A stretch of 64,000 nucleotides of DNA from Squalus acanthias (lineage: Eukaryota): assembly GCA_030390025.1 (NCBI GenBank), contig CM059432.1:32180001-32244000 (forward strand). The letters run 5' to 3'. The notes beneath the pieces were generated by a model. That model searched no databases, had not been told where the DNA came from, and was given only the letters and a program-made list of their open reading frames with translations. The translations under genes were made by a program, and so were the position numbers. Positions 37,420-50,196 of the stretch are shown one piece after another (the stretch's first letter is position 1; each line of letters begins with the position of its first letter).

Positions 37420-40400
37420 AGAACATAAGAACATAAGAAATAGGAACAGGAGTAGGCCATTCAGCCCCTCGAGCCTGCCCCGCCATTCAATAAGATCATG
37501 GCTGATCTGATCTTGGCCTCAACTCCACTTTCCCACCCGCTCCCCATAACCCTTGACTCCCCTGTAGCTCAAATATATGTCTATCTCCACCTTGAATATA
37601 TTCAATGACTTCGCCTCCACAGCTCTCTGGGGTAGAGAATTCCAAAGATTCACAACCCGAAAGTGGCAAATGTGACACCATTGTTCAAGAAAGGGTGTAA
37701 GGACAATCCAAGTAACTACAGGCTGGTCAGTTTAACATCAGTGGTGGGTAAAGTTTTAGAAACAATAATCAAGGAAAAAATTAATGGGCACTTGGAGAGT
37801 TTTAAGCTAATTAAGGAGAGCCAACATGGATTTGTAAAAGGCAGATCGTTTTTGACTAATCTAATTGAATTTTTTGATGAAGTAACAGAGAGGATTGATG
37901 AAGGGAATGCAATGGATGTTGTCTACATGGATTTTCAGAAGGCGTTTGACAAAGTACCACATAGAAGGCTGGTTAACAAAATTGAGGCTCTTGGAATAGG
38001 TGGGTCAGTGAGAGCATGGATAAGGAATTGGCTTAATGACAGAAAACAGCGAGTTGTGGTAAATGGCTGTTTTTCAGCCTGGAGGATGGTAGACATTGGT
38101 GTTGCCCGAGGGTCAGTGCTGGGGCCACTGCCTTTTTTGATATATATAAATGACCTGGATATTGGAATACAGAGTAGAATTTCTAAATTTGCCAATGACA
38201 CCAAACTTAGGGGTGTGGCAAACAGTGATGATTATATCAATTGACTGCAACAGGACATAGAAAGGCTAGCAGAATGGGTAGACAAGTGGCAGATGGAATT
38301 TAATACAGAGAAGTGTGAGGTGATGCATTTTGGCAGAAGGAACAGGGAGAGGCAATATGCACTTAATGGCACAGTTTTAAAGAGTGTGCAGGGACAGAGG
38401 GACCTGGGAGTTAATGTGCATAGGTCCCTGAAGGTGTCAGGACATATTGAGAGAGTGGTTAGCAAAGCATATGGGATCTTGGGCTTCATAATTAGAGGCA
38501 TTAAGTACAAAAGTAGAGAAGTTATGCTGAACCTTTATAAAGCGCTGGTTAGGCCACAACTGGAGTATTGCATCCAGTTCTGGTCACCACACTTTAGGAA
38601 GGATGTGAAGGCACTTGAGAGGGTGCAGAGAAGATTTACCAGAATGGTTCCAGGGATGGGGGATCTTAGCTACAAGGACAGGTTGGAGAAGCTGGATTTG
38701 TTTTCATTAGAGCAAAGGAGGTTGAGGGGTGATTTGATAGAGGTGTGCAAAATTATGACGGGTTTGGATAGGCTAGACGGGGAAAGGCTGTTCCCACTAG
38801 TTGATGGTACAAGGACTAGGGGGAACAGATTTAAGGTTTTCGGCAAGAGATACAGGGGGATGTGAGGATAAACTTTTTTACACAACGAGTGGCGATGACC
38901 TGGAATTCGCTGCCGACGGAAGTGGTGGAAGCGGAGACACTCAATGTTTTCAAGGGAGACTGGATAGGCACTTGAGGGAAATAAACTTGCAGGGCTACGG
39001 GGATACAGCGGGGGAATGGGACTGACTGGATTGCTCTACAGAGAGCCGGCACGGACTCGATGGGCCGAATGGCCTCCTTCTGTGCTGTTATGACTCTATG
39101 ACCCTCTGAGAGAAGAAATTCCTCCTCATCTCCGTTTTACATGGGCGACCCCTTATCCTGAAACTATGCCCCCTAGTTCTAGATTCCCCCATGAATCAGA
39201 ATCTTATATGTTTCAATAAGATCACCTCTCATTCTTCTAAACTCCAATGAGTATAGGCCCAACCTGCTCAAACTTTCTTCATAAGACAACCCCTTTATCT
39301 CAGGAATTAACCTAGTGAACCTTCTCTGAACTGCCTCCAATGCAAGTATATCCCTCCTTAAATAAGGAGACCAAAACTGCACGCAGTACTCCAGGTGTGG
39401 TCTCACCAGCACCCTGTACAGTTGTAGCAAGACTTCCCTACTTTTATACTCCATCCCCCTTGCAATAAAGGCCAACATTCCATTTGTCTTCCTAATTACT
39501 TGCTGTACCTGCATGCTAACATTTTGTGTTTCATGTACGAGGACCCCCAGATTCCACTGTACCGCAGCATTTTGTAGTCTCCATTTAAATAATAATTTGT
39601 TTTTTTATTTTTCCTACCAAAGTGGATAGCCTCACATTTTCCCACATTATACTCCATCTGCCAAATTTTGCCCACACACTTAACCTATCTATATCCCTTG
39701 GCAGACCCTTTGTGTCCTCCTCACAACTTGCTTTCCCACCTATCTTTGTATCATCAGCAAATTTGGTTACAGTACACACGGTTCCTTCATTCATGTCATT
39801 AATATAGATTGTAAATAGTTGAGGCCCCAGCACTGATCCCTGTGGCACACTAGTTACAGTTTGACAACCTGAAAATGACTCATTTATCCTGACTCTTTGT
39901 TTTCTGTTAGTTAGTCAATCCTCTATCCATGCTAATATATTACCCCCAACCCCGTGAGCTCTTATCTTGTGCAGTACCCTTTTATGTGGCACCTTATCGA
40001 AAGCTTTCTGGAAATCCAAATACACCACATCTACTGGTTCCCCTTTATCCACCCTGCTTGTTACATCCTCAAAGAACTCTAGTAAATTTGTCAAACACGA
40101 TTTCTCTTTCATAAAACCATGTTGACTCTGATTGTATTATGATTTTCTAAATGTCCCGCTATTACTTCCTTAATAATGGATTCCAGCATTTTCCCAATGA
40201 CAGATGTTAGGCTAACTGGCCTATAGTTTCCTGCTTTCTGCCTCCCTCCTTTCTTGAATAGGGGCATTACATTTGTGGTTTTCCAATCCATTGGGACCTC
40301 TCCAGAATCCAGGGAATTTTGGTAGATTACAACCAACGCATCCACTATCTCTGCAGCCACTTCTTTTAAGACCCCAGGATGTAGGCCATCAGGTCCAGGG

Positions 40401-41896
40401 GACTTGTCAGCCTTTAGTTTGCCTAGTACTTTTTCTCTAGTGATACTCATTGTTTTAAGTTCCTCCCTCCCTATAGCCCCTTGATTATCAATTATTATTG
40501 GGATGCTTTTAATGTCTTCTACCGTGAAGACCGATACAAAATATTTGTTCAAAGTCTCTGCCATTTCCCTGTTTCCCATTATTAATTCCCCAGTCTCATC
40601 CTCTAAGGGACCAACGTTTACTTTAGCTACTCTCTTCCTTTTTATATACCTGTAGAAGCTCTTACTGTCTGTTTTTATATTTTTTGCTAGTTTACTTTCA
40701 AAATCTATTTTCACCCTCTTTATTTTTTTTTACTCATCCTTTGCTGGTTTCTAAAAATTACCCAATCCTCTGGCCTACCACTAATCTTTGCAACATTGTA
40801 TGCCTTTTCTTTCAATTTGATACCATCCTTAACTTCCTTAGTTAGCCATGGATGGTTCATCCTTCTCTTAGAGTCTTTCTTTCTCACTGGAATAAACCTT
40901 TGCTGAGAGTTATGAAATATCTCCTTAAACATCTGCCACTGCGTAGCTACCGTCTTACCCTTTAACCTATTTTCCCAGTCCCCTTTAGCCAACTCTGTCT
41001 TCATACCTTTGTAATTGCCTTTATTTAAGTTTAGGACACTAGCTTCAGACTCAAGTTTCTCACTCTCAAACTGAATTTGAAATTCTATCATGCTATGATC
41101 ACTCTTCTCCAGAGGATCCTTTACTATGAGATCATTAATTAATCCTGTCTCATTACACATTAACAGATCTAAAATAGCCTGCTCCCTGGTTGGTTCCACA
41201 ACGTATTGTTCTAAGAAACCATCCCGAATACATTCTATGAACTCGTCCAGAAGGCTACCCTTGCCAATTTGATTTGTCCAATCTATATGAAGATTAAAAT
41301 CGCCCATGATTATTGCAGTACCTTTCTTACAAGCCCCCATTATTTCTTGATTTATACTCTGTGCTACAGTGTAGCCACTGTTAGGGGGCCTATAGACTAC
41401 TCCCACCAGTGACTTATTTCCCTTATTATTTCTTATCTCCACCCAAACTGATTCTACATCTTGATCTTCTGAGCCAATATCATTTCTCACTGCTGCTCTG
41501 ATCTAATCCTTTATTATCAGAGCTACCCCACCTACTTTTCCTTTCTGCCTATCCTTCCGAAATGTCAAATATCCCTGAATATTCAGTTCCCAGCCTTGGT
41601 CACCTTGCAACCACGTCTCTGTAATGGCTATCAGATCATACCCATTTATTTCTATTTGTGCCGTCAACTCATCTATCTTGTTATGAATGCTGCGTGCATT
41701 CAGATAAAGAGCCTTTCATTTTGTCTTTTTACCATTTTTCCCTACCCTGACTCTATTTGCTGGTGCATGCTTATGTTCGTATGCTCTGTCTCCTCCTGTC
41801 ACACTCTGGTTATCATTACCCCTATCGCTACCCTGCACTATTGCCTTCTCATTTCTCTTTGACTTTCTAAATTTCCCTTCACCTGAACCCTCCACC
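37420..41896 (-). mobile_element. CR1 LINE ORF2 (APE-RT, disrupted)
   Basis: ORFs 40720-41490, 40109-40714, 39915-40112, 39585-39848 and 39179-39514; TSD cagtgct at 37413-19 and 41897-903. Confidence 0.95.
37659..39100 (+). mobile_element. CR1 LINE RT/3' fragment nested antisense in the previous CR1
   Basis: ORFs 37663-38244 and 38293-38865; accc is duplicated at 37655-58 and 39101-04. Confidence 0.92.
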
Positions 41897-41909
41897 CAGT
41901 GCTGTAATA

Positions 41910-42245
41910 CTTTGTAGCAGTTTGGTACAACTGAGTGGTCTGCTAGGCCATTTCAGAGGGCAGTTAAGAGTCAACCACATTGCTGTGGGTCCAGAGTCAC
42001 ATATAGGCCAGACCAGGTAAGGACGGCAGATTTCCTTCCCTAAATGATATTAGTGAACCAGATGGGTTTTTATGACAATTTCCTGGTCACTATTATTGAT
42101 ACTAGCTTTCTATTCCAGATTTATTTAAATAACTGAATTTAAATTTTACAGCTGCCGTGGAATCTGAACTCTTGTTTCTGGATCATTAGTGCAGGCCTCT
42201 GAATTACTAGTTCAGTAACATAACCACTATGTTACCATTCCTGTT
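41910..42245 (-). mobile_element. tRNA-derived SINE family B
   Basis: ggcagttaagagtcaaccac..ttccttccctaaa..ttactag..taaccactat; reverse complement of 48810-49110. Confidence 0.8.
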
Positions 42246-43261
42246 AAACTGTACTCCAGTAAGGCAGCACCTTTAGGAGAGGAAGTGGGAAAAGGGGCAA
42301 AATTTGGGGTGGAAAATTCAACAGCCCCTTGAGATTGAATCAGAACCTCTTGCACATCCCCAATTTTAATCGCTCCACCATTGGTGGCCTTGCCTTCAGC
42401 TTCCCTTGGAAAAGTAGACAATCGACAAATACTGAATTTCCAAACTTATTTGGCTTGCAAGTTAAAATTATTGTTGTTGATGCGCATGTTGGGAAGCCTT
42501 GAAACTAAAACCAATTAAGTGGTGCAACATGATAAACTCACGGGCACTAGAGTGAAAAACAAGTCATACAGGTTGTGTCTTGTAATTGATTTTTTAAGTC
42601 CACGGCACATGGACTGAGCTTGTGATGATTACAACCATTTGTTAAGTCATTTCACTTGAGCATCTACACTCAAAGTGTGTCATTTGACATGATGGCACTT
42701 TGCAGTCATTTCCTCAGTGCTGTAGTAATGGAATGTGGGGAGGTGACTAGAAAGCACCATGATGCCAACCGTCGGTCATTTTGGGTGTGAACACTTGGTG
42801 ATGAGAGGTGCCAAAATGGTAGCAACTCTTACAGAATCAATCTACAAGCAATAGCAGAATCAAACAGTTCTATAGGCAGCTGGTGCCTTGATCATCCAAG
42901 TTCTTTGCCAATAATGGTCACGAGAATAGGGCTGTGGTCAGCCAGTCCCACTTGCCACTAGGTTGTAGACCAAAGGTTTGTACCCACAGTTCCTCACCCA
43001 ATACATCCCAAATTTCAAACAGGTGGTCAAGCACAAGACCTTGAATTCCTAAACATCTTTAATGTAGTAATCATCTCAATGTGTCTTACACAGGGGCAGA
43101 GAAAATAAATGAAATAAAAGAGTGGATACCGAGCCATGGTGGGAGACTTAAGAGAGGTGACCATGAGCTTGGCCAAAAATGGTTTGAGAAGGTTTTTAAA
43201 GGTGGATGGAGAAGTGGAGAGATGGAGGGGTTTAGAGAGGGAGTTCTGGAGAGTGGGCAGC

Positions 43262-44170
43262 GGGGTTGAAGGTTCTGCAAATAATGATGGGATGGAAGGT
43301 TATGTAAACAGTGGTGGGTTGAAGGTTATGTAAACAGTGATGGTTGAAGGTTATGCAAACAATGATGGGATGAAGGTTATGTAAACAATGATGGGTTGAA
43401 GGTTATGTAAACAGTGATGGGTTGAAGGTTATGCAAACAATGATGGGATGAAGGTTATGTAAACAATGATGGATTGAAGGTTATGTAAACAGTGATGGGT
43501 TGAAGGTTATGCAAACAATGATGGGTTGAAGGTTATGTAAACAATGATGGATTGAAGGTTATGTAAACAGTGATGGGTTGAAGGTTATGCAAACAATGAT
43601 GGGGTTGAAGGTTATGTAAACAGTGATGGGTTGAAGGTTATGTAAACAGTGATGGGTTGAAGGTTATGTAAACAGTGATGGGTTGAAGGTTATAAAACAA
43701 TGATGGGTTGAAGGTTGTACAAACAGTGATGGGTTGAAGGTTATGTAAACAATGATGGATTGAAGGTTATGTAAATAATGATGGGGTTGAAGGTTGTACA
43801 AAGAATGATGGGGTTGAAGGTTATGTAAATAATGATGGGGTTGAAGGTTATGTAAATAATGATGGGGTTGAAGGTTATGTAAACAATGATGGGGTTGAAG
43901 GTTATGTAAATAATGATGGGGTTGAAGGTTGGACAAACAATGATGGGGTTGAAGGTTATGTAAACAATGATGGGGTTGAAGGTTATGTAAACAATGATGG
44001 GGTTGAAGGTTGGACAAACAATGATGGGGTTGAAGGTTGGACAAACAATGATGGGGTTGAAGGTTGGACAAACAATGATGGGGTTGAAGGTTGGACAAAC
44101 AATGATGGGGTTGAAGGTTATGTAAATAATGATGGGTTGAAGGTTATGTAAATAATGATGGGGTTGAAAG
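43262..44170 (+). repeat. Minisatellite with a 26-27 bp unit, roughly 33 copies
   Basis: Unit (g)gggttgaaggttatgtaaacaatgat. Confidence 0.95.
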
Positions 44171-45179
44171 ATCTGTAACCAATAATGGGGTGAAGATAGG
44201 GCAGGTTGCACCTCGTCCACAGGGTCGGGAAGGGAAATTGGTAAGTCTCCTTACTATTGGTAAAGCCATTGGTGTGATGGATATTTTCACCAAATATGCT
44301 GATCAGAGGCTTTGCCTACTTTCATTTAATTAAAGGTAAGTTCTTGTTTTTTTTTAAAAGGCCAAGCAAAAAGTAGCTTGGAGTATGCCTTTAATAAAAA
44401 AAAGTATGGTGCTGCAGTACACTTTACTGCCACTAGATGTCTGTGTTATGCTTTGTCAATAAGGGAATGATGTCCGGCCGCAAGTGATTTATTAACACTC
44501 AGACGCCAACAGTTGCTCTGTCTCTTGGTCATTTTGTGCAAAATTCCAGTAGTCAAGTTGCAGACCAGCTACACACGGTAAGGTTAGAAACTCACAGGAT
44601 ATTGCAGCCGTTCCAAATCGGTTTCCCTATTTATAAATATTACCCAGGGCTGTCTGATTCCTATTTTAAAAGGGAACCTTACTCCAAGCACAATTTATCT
44701 AACTTTATTTTCTTTACACATATGGTGAGACAATGTTGAAAACTATGCACAACACTCTTCTTTTCCAAACAAGTAGCTAGTTTCCCAAATAATATTTATT
44801 CATGACAGCAAGGCCCCTTTAAGTTGAATTTTTATGTGGCGTGGAAAAAAAAACTGAAGAAAAATCACAGGAAATTAATTTTGCTTGAAGAATATATTTT
44901 ATTATGTGGAAACTAGTTGCATTTTCTCTTGCATTGTTGCAGAGGTTTAAGCTGAAAAAATATAGTGTAACATATTGTTAATCATTTTATTATTCTGTCT
45001 AGCTCAGATGTGCTACATTTAGTCAGCAAAAAGTTGGCAGTCAGCTAGAAACACAACTGGTTCAGCCTGAGGAGGAAACAGTGTGGTCGGCTGGAATTCT
45101 GTGAGGTTGGACTGTCTCTTGAAGACCAAATACAGTGTTAACCATCACATCGTGATGCTGGATCGTTGGAGAATACTTT

Positions 45180-46890
45180 AGGTGCCCGGTTTCCTGGCAG
45201 CAGTCATGGTTTATTCATCCTGCGCCAATCCTCTGTGGCGCCTTTATTCCAACCAGGCCTGTCAGATCACAGGCCGGCTCCTTGGCGATAATCAGACGTG
45301 GCTCATGTCTCCTGTCAGGAAACCGGGCATAGCCGCAGAGGTGCGGTACAACGAGAACCGTGCCGCCACCAGAAATATCATTCCACAGACAGTTGCGGTG
45401 CTCTAGTATCGCTTCTGCTGCCTGGACCGTTTGGGAGGAGTTTTGCAGTACAACCCTGAGCGGGTATCCAGATTTGTGGTCATCTGCTGCATGCTGCATA
45501 ACTTTGCAATCATGAGGGACCTTACCAACACTTGGGCAGCAAGAAGTGGAGGAGGTGGAGCAGGAGGAGGAGGAAGAGCAGGAGGAGGAGGAAGAGCAGG
45601 AGGAGGAGGAAGAGGAAGAGCAGGTGCAGCATCGACCACCAGTGCCCCTAGCTCCCAGTGCCCTTAGAGAACAGATCATCTAAGAGCGCTTTCTAGAACC
45701 ATCCCTCCCATTCCCAATACACCAACAGTCCCATAATCCTGATCACCACCATCTTTACTATCATCATCCAATTGTCTTCCTTCAGTCCAACCTTATGAGT
45801 CTTGCCCTCACTTTACTACAAATTTTAACATCAGCAACAATACAGAGCAAGAAAAATGTATCCAACAACTCAATTACATTTGTGATTAATAGTTAACAGA
45901 AATAATTAAGAATCACCCATGTGCAACGCCTTAGTGCCTGCCTTCTGTGCTCATTTACCCACCTACTGCTCTTACGAAGTGTATCTCCAGTGACTACAGA
46001 TTGGCAGGTGGAAGGCTGCTGAGCTTCCATTGAGGACACCAGATGGCCATGGTGAGTGACCTCGAGCAGCTCTGAGCCTGAAGGGCCCGGTTGTAGACTA
46101 CAGCATCTCGGCGTGGGCCGTGGAAGTCTGGTCTAGCTGGCTGTGTGGCACTAAAGAGGCTGGCAGGGGAGCAGGCATGCTGTTGTCCTGCGAGAAGACA
46201 GCAGATGTCTCTCCCATGGAGCCAAGGCCACTCTCCTGGGACTGTGCCTCAATACTTGTGGTCTGTGATTCACCATGTAAAGACCCTTCCTCTAGCCTAC
46301 CCTCTAAAGTACGTGTGGTGCGAGTCTCTGAGCTGGTGCTTGCTAAAGTGGCGCTACATCTTCAGGAAGGCTGGCCTCCTCTTCCTGAAGTGGCAGATGT
46401 GTGTCTACATTTTCAGCACCTGAAATGAAAGAGAGGGACAAGGGTAAGCTTTTGGTGCGAAGGGAGAACAGAGAGAGATAAGTAACTGGTGAAAGCAGCT
46501 GCATGTTGTCAAGCAGAGTGTGTAGGGTAAGATAGAAGCAAGAAGGAAAAAGAGGATAAAGGTGTGAAGAAACCTCCAGCGTTGCCACTCGCAATGCCCT
46601 GCCCATGATGGCCAGCTCATTTTCCTCCACAGGGAAGCGGGTGTGCAGGCGGCCTCAGCCTCCTCCAGTGGCAGCCCCCTGTTGCAAGTTGTGCGCGATC
46701 TCCTGCAAGAAAGAAGGGAGTGAGTTAGTGACATCTTCTTAAGGTGTTTAGAGAATGTACCTGTCACAGTCGAATACTTCATATGCAGCGTGTAAGATGT
46801 GAGGTGTGGGGAAGTAAGTGTTGCAATAGCGGTGAGTGTGTGAACCTGGGGAGAAGGGGCCGCAAACAGGCCCAGACTAATTTCTACCCC
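45180..46890. mobile_element. PIF/Harbinger remnant: DDE transposase C-terminus (+) converging with spliced Myb/SANT gene exons (-)
   Basis: Plus strand: LLGD..WLMSPVRKP..EVRYNE..ATRNII..RFCCLDRLGGVLQYNPERVSRFVVICCMLHNFAI and an acidic tail (45260-45697). Minus-strand exons: 46703-46574 (EIAHN..TGGG..EENELAIMG) and from 46420. TIR-like aatttctacccc ends at 46890. Confidence 0.85.
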
Positions 46891-48809
46891 AATAAGTATT
46901 GGCATCCTACTCAGTCATGAGGGACATCTCAGTCAGGCCCGATCTGGCCTTGATCCAAACACATCACAGGCATACTTTTTAGCAGAGGATCTCCAGTTAC
47001 TGAGTTACAAGAATTTCCTCAGAAACACAGAGACCAATTGTGGTACCCCACGGCCAAGATCAATCAGATCAGCTAACTCAATGCAGACTAGAAATTGGCC
47101 CTGAGCTCTTCCTGGCCTGTACAGCTCAGTCATACACTTGGGGATAGCCTACCTACTGAGTCATTAGATTTTTATATTGTGAACATCATTTATTATATTA
47201 TGTTAAAAAATAATAAGTTTCATGCCTTATATTAGCCAGCAATGGAAACTTGCCATTGCATTGTCAATCACATCACTGCCTGAACCTCAAATTGTCTCAC
47301 AAGACACTTTACCATGGAGACAAGGCCCTTTTAAACATGTTCTCAGAGTTAGATTGTGGTGTGCTTGTATTATCTGGAATATTACCAAATGCTGTCAAGG
47401 CAATATCACATCTGTAGACTACAAGGTACAAAGCTCCTTCATATTCTAAATCACATTGAGGAGATTCTAAAAGGGAGGTGACAATGCGCCATTAAACATT
47501 TCACTTTACGCAGCGACCTTCATTTTCTTAGGTGGGGTAACGTGAATTCTCAATGAAAAACAATGATCGAATGATTCATACCAGTTGAGAGGGGCGGGGT
47601 GTGGCGACTGAGGCTTATGAACTGTTTTGTGCCTTTGTCATGTTTTATGCAAGCTCACCATGAACTGACTTCACCGTGACCTAGCAGAGCTGATCGCTAC
47701 TCCATCAGTTGTGCTTTGGATCTGCTGAGCTCTGAAAATGGCTGCAAAGATTGTGAGCACCAAACTAAAAGATACAGCTTTAAGATGAACAAATCTCAAA
47801 TAAGACGAGAAGTATATTTTTTTCCTCCCACAAAGTAATGGATATTTGAAAAGGGCTTTCCGAGCGTGTCCAACTTCCTTGCCTTGGACTCTACCCATTC
47901 GAGTGGATGGATCAGAAACAAGGACCAAACAGGAGAAGGGAATGGGAATTGGAAGCTCAGAAAGGCTTGCAATAGAGAAAGAGGCTCGAGGTTTGAGGAA
48001 GGAACAGAGGGTAGCTGGGTATTAGGGGTGGGAAGTAATTGGGAAGATAGGCCAGAGGGGAGCTTTGGGCGAATCTAGGGAAGATAGGGTTTCAGTGAGA
48101 GGAGACTTAGTGAGGATGCAGTGAAGAAGGTGCCTGGGGATGAAGAGAACAGAAAGAGACGTTGAGGAAAGGTAGACACAGAGTACTGAAGAGAATGGAT
48201 GACCAGAGAGATAACCTCATGTGAGAGGCCTGGGGGAGATGAGACAGACAAAATTGGATTAGATCATTGGAATTCTGCACGACTCGCAGATGGACCTTGA
48301 GAGGTTGGTTAGAGGGAAAGTTAATATTGCAGTTAGGTACCAGACCAGTTGCCAGGATATCGGCAGCTTTTGCCACTTGTACACTCTTTTGGGTACATAG
48401 ACTAAATGTGATCTGACTCACACTGGGTTTGGAGGGCTTCTGGAAAAAGATGGTGACTGACTGCAGAACTGAGGGGATTCACAAAGTGGACCTCTTGCAA
48501 GCTGAATGTGAGAATTTTTAGGTAAAGGAGACAACCATCGGGCCCAATAGAATCCTACCTCCCTGCCCACCTACTACCATTTCCCTCATTTTTTTCTCTC
48601 TGTTAAACCATCTAGTAATCTCAACCCCATTTATATATACTGTCTGCCTTCAATTACCTTCCTCGGTAACACTGCAAAATTCTATTACCATTTGGATAGA
48701 AAAGCTTTGCCTTACATTCCTCTTTACTCCTAACTTCCTAATCTTTTACTTGTACCCCTTGCTGTTGGAATCTCTCACCTGTTCTATATATTAAAATAAT
48801 GCCACATCT

Positions 48810-49205
48810 GGGTACGGTAGTGTAGTGGTTATGTTACTGGATTAGTAATTCAAAGTCCTGACTAATAATCCAGAGAGTGTGAGTTCAAATCACCACCATG
48901 GCAGAATTTGAATTCAGTTTTAAGCATAAAAAGCTGGTATCAGTAAAAGTGACAGCAGTTGTTGTAAAAACCAATTGGTTCATTAATGTTTTATAGGGAA
49001 GGAAACCTGCAGTCCTCACCCATTCTGGTCCATACGTGATTCCAGTCCCACACTGATGTGGTTGACTCTTAACTGCCCGTTGAAATGGCCTAGCAAGCCG
49101 CTCAGTTGTATCAAACTGCGACAGAAAATACCACACGGACTGCAGCGGTTCAAGAAGAAGGACCACCAAAGAAGGATGGGCAATAAATATCTGCTTTGCC
49201 AGCAA
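48810..49205 (+). mobile_element. SINE family B
   Basis: Head ggtagtgtagtggttatgttactggattagtaa..gagttcaaatc; tail gatgggcaataaat. Confidence 0.8.
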
Positions 49206-49378
49206 TTTAAAAATAAAACGAGCAGTGGAATCTGCTGGTAGGGTTCAACTTGTTTGAGCCAATTTCCTTCATAATCTTGAAATCCTTCACAGTTTTCTCT
49301 TTCCCTAACTTTGTGCTAGTAGGGTTGATTTTCCTTCGTGTCGCTGCTAGAAGGGTTCATTTTGATTTTAAAGGGATT

Positions 49379-49595
49379 ATTTACCGCAGTGTTACTTTTG
49401 GATGGATCTATTTAACCCAAGCATTGGATTTGGAAGCACCCATGTATCCCAGTGTTTGTGTTGGAAGGGTCCATTTAACACAAGTTTTGGCGTTAGAAGG
49501 GACTATTTATCCCAGTGTTGGTATTGGAAGGGTCCATTTGCCATCAGCTTACAATTAGACGAGTTCATTTCTCCAGTGCTACATTTGATAGGATG
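49379..49595 (+). repeat. Degenerate 31-32 bp tandem repeat (about 7 units)
   Basis: atttatcccagtgttggtattggaagggtcc and variants. Confidence 0.65.
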
Positions 49596-50025
49596 TTGCT
49601 TGAGTATCCCTAATACTGCACAATCATACTAACTCCCCCACACCAAGAAAAGGATTCACCCCTTCCCTTTGGAAATTTTCAGGTCTACAGTAGCATTTTT
49701 GGAAGCCGAACCAAAAATGGAACAGGACTATTTGTCCCAAGAGGACTTTTCCTTTTTTTTAAATGTTCTTTGGCTGTGTGATGCCTCACAATGCTTGTTC
49801 CAGAAATTGGCAGAATCCCAGTTCTGCAGATCTTATATATGTAGTTGCAAATCTTTATTTGTTCTTGGGGTGTGGGCAAAGCTAGCAGGGCTGAATTTAT
49901 TGCTTGTCCTTAGCTGCCCTGAGAAGGTGGTAGCAGGCCTTCCTTTTTGAACTACCATAGCTCTTGCTGCACAGCCATTGATTGTACAACTTAGTGGCAT
50001 GTTTGGCCACTTCAGAGAGCGTTAA

Positions 50026-50196
50026 GTGGATGAAATTGGTTTTCAGTGGTAGTACAAAATGAATCGGCTGCCCATTTTATATTCTGCATAATTTTCTTTT
50101 CCATTAATGGAAAAGAAAATTGGCCGGTGTGTAAAACAGGCCATCCCCACACTATCGCCCATTTTGCACTACCACCAAAAACCCAATTTAATCCCC
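50026..50196. mobile_element. ~170-bp palindromic MITE inserted in a SINE
   Basis: Ends gtggatgaaattgg / ccaatttaatcccc; taa / caa flanks; central palindrome aattttcttttccattaatggaaaagaaaatt. Confidence 0.75.

Noticed and set aside
43664..44220. 144-aa and 159-aa repeat ORFs (HNLQPHH / TFNPII)
   Set aside because: By-products of a 27-bp minisatellite unit.
44464..44577. Possible coding exon ending ACG|GTAAGG
   Set aside because: All three frames from the nearest acceptor contain stops and no homology is recognised. A non-coding exon cannot be excluded.
45182..45700. Host HARBI1 gene
   Set aside because: Truncated, with an in-frame stop and a deletion near the LLGD motif, and linked to a Myb gene remnant and a TIR.
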